From assembly GCA_964057225.1 (NCBI GenBank), contig OZ059899.1, forward strand, positions 13,082,001 to 13,146,000: DNA of 64,000 nucleotides. Reading direction: 5' to 3'. The notes under the pieces were generated by a model. It was not told the DNA's origin, made no database searches, and saw only the letters and a program-made list of their open reading frames with translations. This document shows, in pieces, positions 37,998 to 59,500 of the stretch. Position 1 is the stretch's first letter; every line of letters starts with the position of its first letter. The translations under genes were made by a program, and so were the position numbers. Source of the DNA: Auanema rhodensis (lineage: Eukaryota; Animalia; Nematoda).

Positions 37998-39202
37998 TAA
38001 GTTCTTTACCAAAAATAACAGTTTGACAAGAAAGAACAGCCCAATACATGATAATTTCTAGTTTCGTTTGGTTATCAATATCACATAAACTAATCTAATC
38101 AATCTAATTCTTTCGAATCTTCTTCTGATATTACTTGTGGTAATCGTAAAACATTCTCACTTCAATGTGACGTAAGGATAGATAAAAATGTTTTTCAAAA
38201 CAATTGTCAAAGAAGAATAACAAGAGATTAATAAATGCTTTATGCAAATCATTCAAATCGAAAAAAATTGTGTAATATACGAACAACATGATTAAGTTAG
38301 CAATGTTGCAGGAAAATTAATTTCAATTGAAAAAAAACGAATCGATTACAAATAAGCAATATTTGTTATTAAAATTTATTCGAATAAACTTAATTATTAT
38401 TACAATAAGATTGAACAAAAGGAAACAAAACATATAGAGAAGGCGGCATTGTCGCTTTCTATATTGTTCAAATCGACGCCATCACAATTGTACTGATAAG
38501 GTGAACAAAAGAAAACCAAAAGAAAACTTCGATTTAAAGTAAGAAGAAGAATGAAACACTTGGGAGAATATTTCACAACAAGGAAAAACTCCACAATGAA
38601 GGCCGTGATTCTTGGATGAGCAGCAAACTGTTCCAATCGCACACAGGAATGAGCTTTTGATTTGAAAGAATCACAGAAACAAAAGCTAAATGACTTAAAC
38701 GAATTCAGGAAAGGAATGTCAGGACCGGAGTTAAAGGAACATGAAGTGCTAAGTGAAGACATGCACAAGGTAAGTGGAGGTAGAACAAAAACTACCACCA
38801 AGTCCAAAATAAAACTGGCAACAGAAAAAAAACCAGAGAAGAAGATGATCTGAGAACTTCAAGATATTTTACAAGGAAAAGTCGACTACAGATAATGGTG
38901 AATATACAACAGAACGTTTTTACTATGTCTTCGTGCTAACAAGGTAAACAGACCCGGAACGAAGAGTGTGATTCGCTTGGTCAATGAACACTGGAGACAT
39001 ATTTTGGAAAACGATAGCTAAAACACAAATTGTACAAATTCCGAGACATTGAATCCGGAACTAAGGGAATAAATACAGCTGGGGTATAAAACTCTATTGT
39101 TAAAACCTCTTTTGGAATGAGTTTTCTTGGTAGAATACAATTTTGTTCTCTTTCCTAATTAATAAAAAAAAGTAAAAAGAAAAGGGTAAAACAGCTGAAC
39201 AG

Positions 39203-48682
<9,480 letters not shown>

Positions 48683-49222
48683 CTTCTGAAATAAAGTATA
48701 TCATAAAACTAAATTAAAGAAAGGGGAACGAAACAGAAAAATGTATATTAATGAATGAAATAAAGGAAAACACAGAGAACGTAAGGGAGTTAAAACCGAG
48801 GTAACTGCATCATTGTCCTGCATGAGAATGTTTACGAGATCAACGACTTTGTCATTTGAGAATGGTTGAAAGAAAGCTAGGGCGGAACATTGTTTAAGTT
48901 ATGCACCACAAGAGAGAATGAATAAACAAGATGATCCGCCTTTTTGCCAAATAGAATTAACAGATGTGCTAGAAAAAACCAAAGAAAAAGTTACTTGGCT
49001 AGGTTAGAGAGCAGTGTTTGTTGAATTGAGAAGAACAGTTCCATAATAATATATAAAATGACGAATACACTTAGCAGAGTTAGGTCCACTAGTAGGGTTG
49101 GCACAAATACAATTGGCACCGCTGTTCTTGCTATACTCAATACTCTACTTTGTGAAGTACCATCGTACAGAAAAATTCAAGTTCATATAAAGAAATGAGA
49201 AAATAATTCTATTAAAACTAAA

Positions 49223-49245
49223 ATATATATATATATATATATATA
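49223..49245. repeat. (AT)n microsatellite
   Basis: About 11 perfect AT units. Confidence 0.9.
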
Positions 49246-52200
49246 CATATTTGCATGTGTATGTGCCTATGCATGTGTGCTAACAAAACAAAATATATCT
49301 CTATGTCCCATGCAGTAAAAATGAATTCCTCTAAGGAAATTAGCTCATATTGAAAAAAAGACGAAAAGAAAGATATGGTCTTCTTCTTCATTATGAGATT
49401 AGCTAGAAACTCTTGTCATAAACTAACTAAGTTGTGAGAACAAGAAAACTGCAAAAACAAACCACAGTGTTGTTCGACAGTATAAAGAGTAGAACAGGGA
49501 GCTTTTGAGATATATTAATATGTGATGATAGCTCACAGAATAATAATAAATAATAGTAAAACTAACAGTATTAAGAAGTATTATAAACTATAATATAATA
49601 AGTAATGCTTTATTGATTAGTTGAGATCAACATTTATCAATAAACTACATTTAAAATATGTGCTCACTACGTATTATTGCTTTTATAAATTGTAACTAAT
49701 TCAAAAAAATGTTTTTTGTGTATTTTAAAAACGTTATATGCGCGAAATTGAAAATGGCCCAGAATGATTTGATTCTAGGTCCAACATTAGAGAAGATAAT
49801 ATAGATAAATTTGATATTAAAGAGTGGTTTGCGAAAAAAATGGATAATTCTAGTTAAAGCAGAACATAATCCTTTCAGCTGTGAAGCCGTAAGTACGAAA
49901 AGAAAAAGAGAGTACTACCAAAGGTAATTCAACGTTAGTTTTAACTAAAGTGAGATCAGATGATATTGAATAACAGAAAGTTTAGAAAATTTCGTTTACC
50001 CATTATTGAAGTAGTAAAAATGGTTACAATTTCGAGATACTCAGCTAAATAAAGTCAAGAATTACATAGAATTTTAATGTAGCAAAAAATGAGCTTGTAA
50101 TACTAGGAAAACAGACAGACAACAGAAAACATAGTGAGCAGGAGTATTGAGAAGCAAGAGGGCGAAAGTAAAATAAAAAAACAAACAACCATTCTATATT
50201 TTACGAGAAGAATAAATGAGTTTTTCACGTAGTTGCTCAGGTGAGCTCACGTATTCTAATAATAAATGGCAATGCAAGTGGCAATGCACGTGGCTGCCAT
50301 ATCAAGTGGTTGATGTTAGAAAAACAGATGAATGGTACTATGCAAGTGATATACAAAAGGAACCAGAGGAGAACAAGACTATATTATGAAATAGCTGGCA
50401 AGAAGATGTTGTACTTTGAGAATTGAAAAAAAAACAGAATATTTTCTTCTATTAGCAATTTAAAAGAAGAACGAGCAAAGATGAAGAGGGATGAAAACGC
50501 AATTTTAGTAACGCTTGGTTTAATGTGAAAGATCGACTTTTCTTTATTGAATTTGGAATCAAGGCACTTGCTTGTAAGGAAAAAAATTATATTTTCTAAT
50601 ATAATAAATTAGAAATAAATATAGAATACATAGTATTTTTTACTGATGAAAAACTAAAGATTCCGGAAGAAAATAGGAAACAGTGATTTCCGGCTGTTGA
50701 AACAATTCAAACAGGATATAGAAACTTTACTTCTCGTTTTTTTGTGAAATAAAGTGTGCAAGGATAGCAATTTTTTCGATTTTAAATAAAAAAACAGGAA
50801 AAACGATGGTGGATAAGGGTGACGCTTGGGAAACTGAATGTCATCATCTAGTTGAAGCTCAAAAATCGCAAGACCAAAAAAAGAATTCAGAAAATATTAT
50901 TTAGAAATGAAGGCGGCGAATCAAAACCCTTGTGTTACATTCAACAGGCAGTGTTTATGGAAAAGCTGAAATTGAGCTGTCACACTTCGGTATATTTACA
51001 TGTTTCCTCGAAATCATTCATTATTACGTATGCAATATACACGTCATCTGAAGATATACTTTAAACGGTCAAATACTTGCTGAAAAAGCAATAAACGCTT
51101 TGGAGCAGTGAAAATAAGGATAGAAAAAGCCCAACAGTAATCATGAAGTTGCAAGCAAAAGTAGGAAAAGTTCAGGCTTTAATGTTGGGAAGAAATATAT
51201 GAAAGTATTGCTAAATGAAAAACCATATAGTTGTTAATGGAAGGGCAAAGCTCCAAAAGAAATAAGAGCAAATGAGAGAGAGAGAGAGAAGCATTAGAGA
51301 AAGGAAAGCAAAAAAGAATAGTAGACAGGGAGAGAAGTGGAAAGAGAATGGTAGAGAGACCGCAGAGTAAATTGAAGAGAATGCTTCAGTCTAATGGATG
51401 CCATTGATGCCATATTTATATAGCATAAATAAGAGAAAAAGGAATAGATTTCGTGAATGAAAAACAAAAAATTATGTAAAGCCGTGTCATCTCAAGAGCA
51501 GTCGTATTGATCTTGCAAATGAAGATACAAATGAAATCCAGACTTAATACCTTCATTAAGCCCAAAGTTGAATGAATATTTCAGTAGAATATCGGCAAAC
51601 CTTTCTAGAAAAACGGCAAAACTTCAACAGTCTTGCATTAACGAGTACAATTATTTAGCGAAACAAGAGGATATAAAGGTGCAAGCTTTCAGTTTATAAG
51701 TTCAAGATTGAAAGATCGCCTAATACCCTTCATTACAAATGTTTTTTAGATTGAAAAGTATAAAACCTTCAAAAGTCAAACACGAAGCATTCAATTTAAG
51801 AGCGAAGTGGATTAAAAAGCCACATGGAAGATTGATTTCAAACTACGTTTGGACTTTTAAAAAATGAAAAAGTCAGAAACTGAATGGCATTTTGACACGA
51901 ATACATACACGATGTCTTCGTGAAATTGAATTGATTTCATGACGTAAATTCAACATGAAAGACGGTCTTAGAATCAAATTTCCAGAAGGAAAATAACGAC
52001 GAAAAGGATGGAAAGAAACATTATGATTGAAGAGAAAAGCCAAGGATGCAAGGACAAGTTGAAGGTGCCTTGTCGCCTGATAATAGCCATGTGAGTGTGG
52101 GAGGAGGAGGCAGGACTGAGAGCTATAAAAGGAGAGAGAGGGGGAAGAGAGAATAAGCTAGTCAGCCATCGATTTCCTGGAAATTCGCATATGTAACTGA

Positions 52201-53727
52201 GCTTAAGCCTGAAAAAGGCAAGTGGGAAAGGTTCTTCTAAATATGCCTTCTAATATGGAAATTGAGAATAGAAAACGGATATTATATACATTCTTTTACC
52301 AAAAAAGTAAAAAAGCACATAAAAGAGGAAAGCAAAAAATAGCTGGAAAAAGAAGTAAAGAAGAAAATAAGTAAAAAATGAATAAGAATGCCGATTTAGT
52401 TTGTTCGTTGTGTCATGAAAGAACAACGAAAATAAATTGTATTAGCAATACCAGTATCATGTCGAGTGAGTAATTATTGACAAACGACGACAGCCATGAA
52501 ATATCCATTGACTGCAGAGAAAAGACAAAAAAAGCGAAAAGAATTGTAAAGATTGTAAAATTAAGATCCCCACCTGCTCGTCTTTCTTAAGATTCTTACG
52601 AGTAATCTTCTTTTCGTGGATAACCACGATTTGTGCTGCAATTGTTCGAAACGTCTTCTGAACAAGAACTGATTATTCCCGAGAACAATTGGTTTTCGAA
52701 ATGAAAAAGAGAATACGAGAGAGCAAGAGTAATAGTGAAGATAGGATGAGAACAGACGAAAAGAAATGTAGAAAAGAAGAGAAATAGAGAAAGAAAGATA
52801 AAAGGAATGCGAGAGATAAATATAATCGAAGAGGCAATGAAAAGAGAGAGAGAGTTAGAGGGAAACGGAAATGGAAACACTTGTAAAAACACAATTGTTT
52901 CTAAATTCAAATATGGAAGAGTCTTTGAGTCTTTCAAGTAGCTGGGTGATTTAAGCTAATTTTAATTTCAAAAAAACTAAAAAAAGACTGATAGGATGTT
53001 AAGGTTATCAAATCCGTCGCTTTGAGACTAAAACAAGACAATACCTTTAAGATATTATGAGGACTGGCGGTCGTCATACTGGATATAAGTAATAATTCTG
53101 CGAAGGAATTATGGGAATTATGAAATATGTGTATCCATATTTATTATTTCATTTTTTTAACAAGAAAGTTTAGAAAAAAATAGGAAAATGCGTGTTGTAG
53201 AAGGGTTCATGAATATAAAATCGTGATATAAACAGGAACGAGCTATACTTAGAGAGGAGAATACTAATTGGGAAGTCCGACGCGAGAAAGAGAGAGGGGA
53301 AGAATTAGAGAGGGAATAAGATAAAGAGAGAGAGAGAAAGTGAAAAATTGCTTATAGAAACTTCATTTCTTTTTTACCTTTGTTTTGCTTTTTTTTCTAA
53401 AGAAGAAAGGTATATCTCTAGTATATTCATGTATCTTCCAAGTTTTTGAAATAGTTTATTCAGGAACTTTCTTAAAAGAGAGAAACATTCGTTTTTTTGC
53501 TTTAGAACGTCTTTGTAAATAGCTAGTTTGTGTTTGAAGCTTTGTTTATGACTTTTTTTGTGTTGAAACATTTTAGTCATAAATGAGTAAAACAGGGAGA
53601 GGTTTTCATTCTGGGCACTGCTTTCCCTTTTCTTTTTTGAATTTGTAGCTTCTCGTGTCAAAATCCACAGAAAAAGCCAAGGGTATCATTCGCTAAACCT
53701 GATGGCAAATGCAAAAACATTGGTGTT

Positions 53728-53734
53728 TATAAAA
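53728..53734 (+). promoter_or_regulatory. TATA box of the small secreted-protein gene
   Basis: TATAAAA about 90 bp upstream of the ATG at 53821. Confidence 0.55.
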
Positions 53735-53820
53735 GAAGCTTCGGTAACATCTTGTCACCGTTCGTCACACATCAGTACATTGAACGTCAGTCTCTGTGTC
53801 AACTGCTAACCGAATAAGTG

Positions 53821-54659
53821 ATGATGATCAGATTCTTCACAGTTCTTCTCTTCTGCGTGGCTTTGGCTTCCTGTCAGGTAATAAAATCTTCTGAACATCA
53901 TCATCATCATCATCATCATCATTAGCTACGGCTGTCTCCGCTTTCAATTTAAATTCTGAATCTACATATTTGCATAATATCAATTATTCAGATGAATATC
54001 ATGCAAGCTTTGGCTGTAAAACAACGAGCGCAATCCTGCATGTCTGCTTATCTTCCACCTCAATCTTATGGTGTTCAACAACAATTGGCTGTAAGATATT
54101 TGTTTTCCTATTTAAGCATTATTTGAAAAATTGTTGTGAGCGATATGCCGGCTAAAGGTTAAAAATTTTGTGGAAGAAAGCAGAATGTTGAAGGAGAATG
54201 ATGATATGACTAGCACACAGTTGTGAGCAAGAGGCTGGGATGGAGAGAGGAGTGGGGAGGAAGGGAGCAGAATGAAGACAGACTCAAAATCGTCAAAGCG
54301 ACTAAGACTGAAGCCAATGCTAATACTGATCTTTACAGCTTCAGATTTTAGTCCAATCTGTGTATAATCAGCGAAAAAATTCTGATTTTTATTCAAATGA
54401 AATATGAAAGTGTCTGTTTAATATATTCAAAGATAGTATAAGAGATTGAGAGAGAGACATGATTTCTCATCTGCTGTTATGAGCGTGCCAGTGTTCAAAC
54501 GACTTCAAGACCAAAAATGAGTTTAATTTTAAGTTTGTTTTCTTTCATTTTAAGCTTTAGATGTGCTTTGATATGAATTGTGGCCGTAATATTATCAACC
54601 AAGTAATGGTCATGTATCCAGCTCATGTTCCTATGCTTCGTCGATGTCTCGGCTATTGA
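53821..54659 (+). CDS. Small secreted four-cysteine protein of unknown family, 84 aa, 3 exons (53821-53877, 53992-54090, 54561-54659)
   Basis: MMIRFFTVLLFCVALASCQ|MNIMQALAVKQRAQSCMSAYLPPQSYGVQQQLA|MCFDMNCGRNIINQVMVMYPAHVPMLRRCLGY*. Both introns are phase 0 with good sites (CAG|gtaata..ttcag, GCT|gtaaga..tttag). Exon 1 looks like a signal peptide; there is a TATA box upstream and AATAAA at 54700. Confidence 0.8.
53896..53922. repeat. (CAT)9 microsatellite in intron 1 of the small gene
   Basis: Nine perfect CAT units. Confidence 0.9.
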
Positions 54660-54699
54660 GATTCAGCTATGGAACATGCTTAGAAGAGAATGGAATTTG

Positions 54700-54705
54700 A
54701 ATAAA
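54700..54705 (+). terminator. Polyadenylation signal of the small secreted-protein gene
   Basis: AATAAA 40 nt after the TGA stop. Confidence 0.55.
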
Positions 54706-56190
54706 ACAAATGCTCAATATGATGTATATCTCTCCAAATTCATTTAATATTCTTTTAAAAGAATTAAAATTTAATAACAATTAATATGCACATATATATT
54801 TATAAATATATATATATATATCTAACTATATGAATGTATAACACCTAACAAACCATCTATATGAAGATTATGTTGAAAATGTTTCAGTTTTAAGTAATAA
54901 AGAATATGAAATTCATCTTTAAATATTGTTTTTTTTCTGCATAATTAGCAATTACGAGCTCGAACGATTGTGGAAAAGTGAGTATATGATTGAAAACGAA
55001 CAAACAATAATTCTTGAAAAGCGGAAAAGTAAACGTGCAAATGCTCGATCTGACTGAATCTGAAAAGGTATATTCTCTGAAAGTACATAACAAGGTCAAG
55101 ATGTATTATATGATCGAAGTTATAGTATATGCTATGCATATGTATGAAAAACAGTTTATATACATATACATATGTATAAATGTCTTTGTAAGTTGTATAT
55201 TATTATCTGACCTATTAAGGCTAAAAATGGTAAAAAAACACATTTCGTTTCGTATGTTTCTTCTTAATGCTTTATGGATGATGTGCGACGACTACTGATG
55301 AACTACTGACTGCTATGACAAGGAAGTCAAGAATATACACGGTTACTGTTCCTTTAGGATTCATAGGTTTACGTGATGTGGTGCTGACTGATGAGATGAG
55401 ATGAAGCTGATGATGACGATGATGATGATGCACGTTGCTGCGGCTGCAAGCCATCTTTCCATGTCTATCTGCAGACTTTCATGGCTTTAGCTGTGCAGCT
55501 ATTAAACAGTTTTTCTTCTCGTCTATTTACATGATGACATCACGAATGTTTGGAGTGAGTCGTCTGAATCCATATATATATGCATACATCTTGTATGAAG
55601 AGCAACCAAAATTAGAAATTTTCTATAATCTTCATAGTTTCATACATACATGTATCAATGTATGTGGAAATAGTTGTAACAAAAGGTTTATTATTTGCAG
55701 AAAAAAAAAGAAAAAAGTGTATAAAACACAAATGAAAATGTGAAATAATGATAAGTTGATGAAGTGATATGATTACCACATCAAGTTAGTATCACAATTC
55801 ATAGACCAAGTTTCAAAAAAATTATTTAAAATAATTATTAAACTGATACAAAACATATTATATTATGTATAGAAGACGTGTAAGGCCACTGGAATATTCT
55901 TCTAAAACGAAGAAGTTTACCTGTTTTCTTCTCAAAACAAGTATTTATTTTTGAAAAAGTACTCAAAATGTTCGAGTATGAGGGAAAGAAAGAGGGAGGG
56001 ATGTTGTCATTAGCAATTAAAGAGTAGGAAGAGAGGGAGTAAGAGTTGGGAGGGGGGGGAGGGATTGATGATGTTTAACGAATTATATAAGAATATTGTG
56101 GTTATATATTAAGCAGATAAAGCCAGTTAGAGGTTGAGAAGGTTATGATGAATGTAAAAGCAGAATAAGAAGAATATGACATATATATAT

Positions 56191-56225
56191 AGAGAGAGAG
56201 AGAGATAGAAAGAGAGAGAGAGAGA
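56191..56225. repeat. Imperfect (GA)n microsatellite downstream of kcnl-2
   Basis: AGAG tracts preceded by (AT)n. Confidence 0.8.
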
Positions 56226-56592
56226 ACGAGGGAGAACTACAGTATTGAGACCCGTAAGATTATATGAGCAAAGCCATTTTATTAATGAAAATGGTAATAT
56301 GGCTTTGAAAATAAATGTTAATTTAATAAAATAATTATGAAAGGACAATACACAATATTTATAAATATATATATATAAATATAAATATATTTATATAGTA
56401 TATAAATTGAATCGATCAAAAATATAAGAAAGATGTATAGGGAACAGCAATGTTGTGGATGTGAATGAGATAGAATTCTTTAATGATTTGAGCAGATGAA
56501 AAGACTTTTTCCATTTTTTCTTATCAATACATGCACACTGATACAGCGATGTAAGATGTGGAACAGCTTCTTTAGCAGAGGTCTGAGATCGT

Positions 56593-59500
56593 CTAGTCAT
56601 CTGCTATAGTTCGTAATCTCATTCGATGCTGTGGACTGGCTTCTTCACTGGTCATACTATTACGACGACCTCTGAAAATTGATAATTAGAAAAGGTTAAA
56701 GTTCATATGCTTTAGATTTGATAAATTAAGGTTTACAATATACAAGGAGATGCGGGAAATGATGTTTCAAGTTGTAACTTGTTCAGACTGACCGTATAAG
56801 TTCTGCTAAGTTTCCTATTTCACGTGATATATCGGATAATTGATGTTCAATAGCAGTGATACGAAGAGATAAGCCTTCCTGAGTTGAATGAACATCGTGC
56901 ATCAGCTCATATGAACTAGAAGAAGTCTGAAAACAATCGAAAAAGGTTGATTCAAGTTCAAATATAATGAAATTACCTTGGCAACATCACCTAACGATAC
57001 TAAATTTTCTGTTAATTTTCGTTGATCTCTCTTAACTTTTCTAAGTCTGAAAAATATTTTTATGTATATAGTTAAAGTGATTTTTAAACATACTCATAGA
57101 TAGCCACCAAAAATTTTCGTTGATGTTGACGAATCTTAGATAAATCAGCTTTATCAACTAATTTACGATATTTATAAATAAGCCAGGTTTCTCGTAACAC
57201 ATTAGCAGCTGAGTGTTTTAACTGAAATTATTATTCAAATTTATAATTATTTCAATGAAAATGATTATTTTTTTTTTTGATATTGTTGCTAACCTGTTTT
57301 GTTAGTTGTGTGTCCATCATGAAGCTATGTACATGCTTCTCAGCTCGTGTTAATTCTAGTTTCCTTGTAATGACAGCTACAACCATGGAAGAAGTACACG
57401 TACCCTAGAATATCATTTATTTCATTTATAATTGTTCTCAATAATCTATTTTTACATATTCACATACATTTCTTAATATTTTGAAGAAAATTAAACTTGA
57501 CAACAACCTGTTAACTGATCATTTTCTTCATGCATTCATGGCTTACGTGACCTTTACAGCTCCCTAACGTGAACTTTTGCATTTTCATGCGTCATCAGTT
57601 CAAGTAGAATGTTCGTATGTAGTATGACGTAAGAGCATTTTGCATTCAAATTTCAATATTATTTGTCAAAATTTCCATATTTACTTTCGACTTTTAAACT
57701 TTATTAAAAGAAAACTTGTTTATATCTATATGTATATTTTGAATAAACTTAAAATTTATTTTATATTTTTTACTTAAAAATGAATTAAAACCAACCAAAA
57801 TACCGGTGATTACAGCCATCACACGTCCACATTGTGTATGTGGCACTATATCACCTGGAAAACAAATATTATTATTATTATTATTATTAATATATTTTAA
57901 AAATTAATTAACATACCATAACCGACGGATAAGAATGTAATTGCTACCAACCAGATTGAACTTCCGTAATCTAATTCACGTGTTCTTGGAACAGACATCT
58001 CTCTGCAAAATCAACACAAATGAAACAAGTACTTGTATTTGACTTCATAGAGTATTATATTTTGTAAAGGATTATCAAGCTTTTACAAACCTTTCACACA
58101 AACGCAAAATCCAGCCAGCTATTATCCAAAGTGAAGCGGTGAAGACGATAAGCATTTTTCCTGAAAAATGTTTGAAAGTTCTAAGTTTTTGTAAAGTTGG
58201 TAATGTACCTGGACATAATGTCATTAATGTTTTCAAGATAAATCTGGCATTGAAGTTGACACGATTGAGTCCGGCAATACTTCGACTGCTTGCATCGGTA
58301 AATAATCTAAAAATCATATTTCCCTGTTAAGAGATAGGTCTGAGGATACGAACCTAGAGTGAAGCAGCATGACACGACAAAGCCAATAAAGACGAAAGAA
58401 CATTGAAATGGAAAATAATACATTTAATGAATGTAAACTCTGAAAATAAAAACATTAATCAGCTTAATCTTTCAAGGAACAGGAGAGGAAAGCTTAGACA
58501 ATGTTGTTTGTGAGCTCAAGCTCAACATGAAATTAAAAAATTTTTCCAATTTTCAAAAGAGTTTTGGTTTGTTGTTCTAAACTTAAAATCAAATAGTAAA
58601 CATACATTATGTGTTTCTACACTACTGAATGTGCCAAGTTCAAGAGGTAATGGACAGACAGAGCATATGCAGACTTCAACCAGTATCTGTGAAACTCGAT
58701 TAGTTGTTAATGATACTCGCCAATCATCCGCAGCATTTGCATTCATAAACAACTGAAAATATAAGAATTTTTATGATTTGTTAAAGCTCAACAACATCAA
58801 ATTCGTATAATATATTGGAATTTTGTTTTGTTTTAATCTACTAAATGATAGTTGTTTTCAAATTTTTCGATGCATTACTTCTCATTATTGAAATGAAATG
58901 CTTAAATATTTACCTGAACATCAATTACATGAAAATATCCGACATAAACAATAAGTACAAGTGTTGAACCGAGAATACATGCTTTAAGAGCTAAACTCTC
59001 GAGTGAACCCTTAAATTATTGAAAATTTAGTTTGAAATTCGAAAAATACTGACCGCGTCAATAAGGTTGGTGGAACGTAGCTCGCTTTCCAACATCATTA
59101 AAACTGAAAATACACGAATAATTTGAAAACAAACGATAAGTTATAGCTATACGAATGATGATTACTATGCTGATTATCATTTGAAATAGAAGAAGCAAAA
59201 CACAAATTGAGCTTATTAACGAACTACTAACCTATTCCAAGAATGGCAAAGGTGAGTGCTCGGTCACATGTAATACGTCGCTTCTCATGAAGTTGCTCAC
59301 GTTTAATCAATCGACCACCACTAAAAAGTTTATAAAATTATTTAAAATATTATGTTTAGTTAGATATCTAATGAATTTATTTTTTTCAAAATAAAAATAA
59401 ACAGCTATTCATATCTATTGATCGTATTGTTGATTGACGTTCGTTTTCGTTCATCTGATGTCTTATACCCCCACGTCGGACGACGTCAATCGAAAGTCAA

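Noticed and set aside
38400-38853. 135-aa (-) and 63-aa (+) ORFs
   Set aside because: They fall in the probable rskn-1 3' UTR and have no recognisable domain.
54195-54335. ATGATGA...CTGA as an intronic C/D snoRNA
   Set aside because: Weak terminal stem, purine low-complexity interior, and no recognisable rRNA guide.
55272-55470. His-rich or Ile-rich mini-ORFs on the minus strand
   Set aside because: The composition comes from a degenerate (GAT)n repeat downstream of kcnl-2; there is no supporting gene structure.
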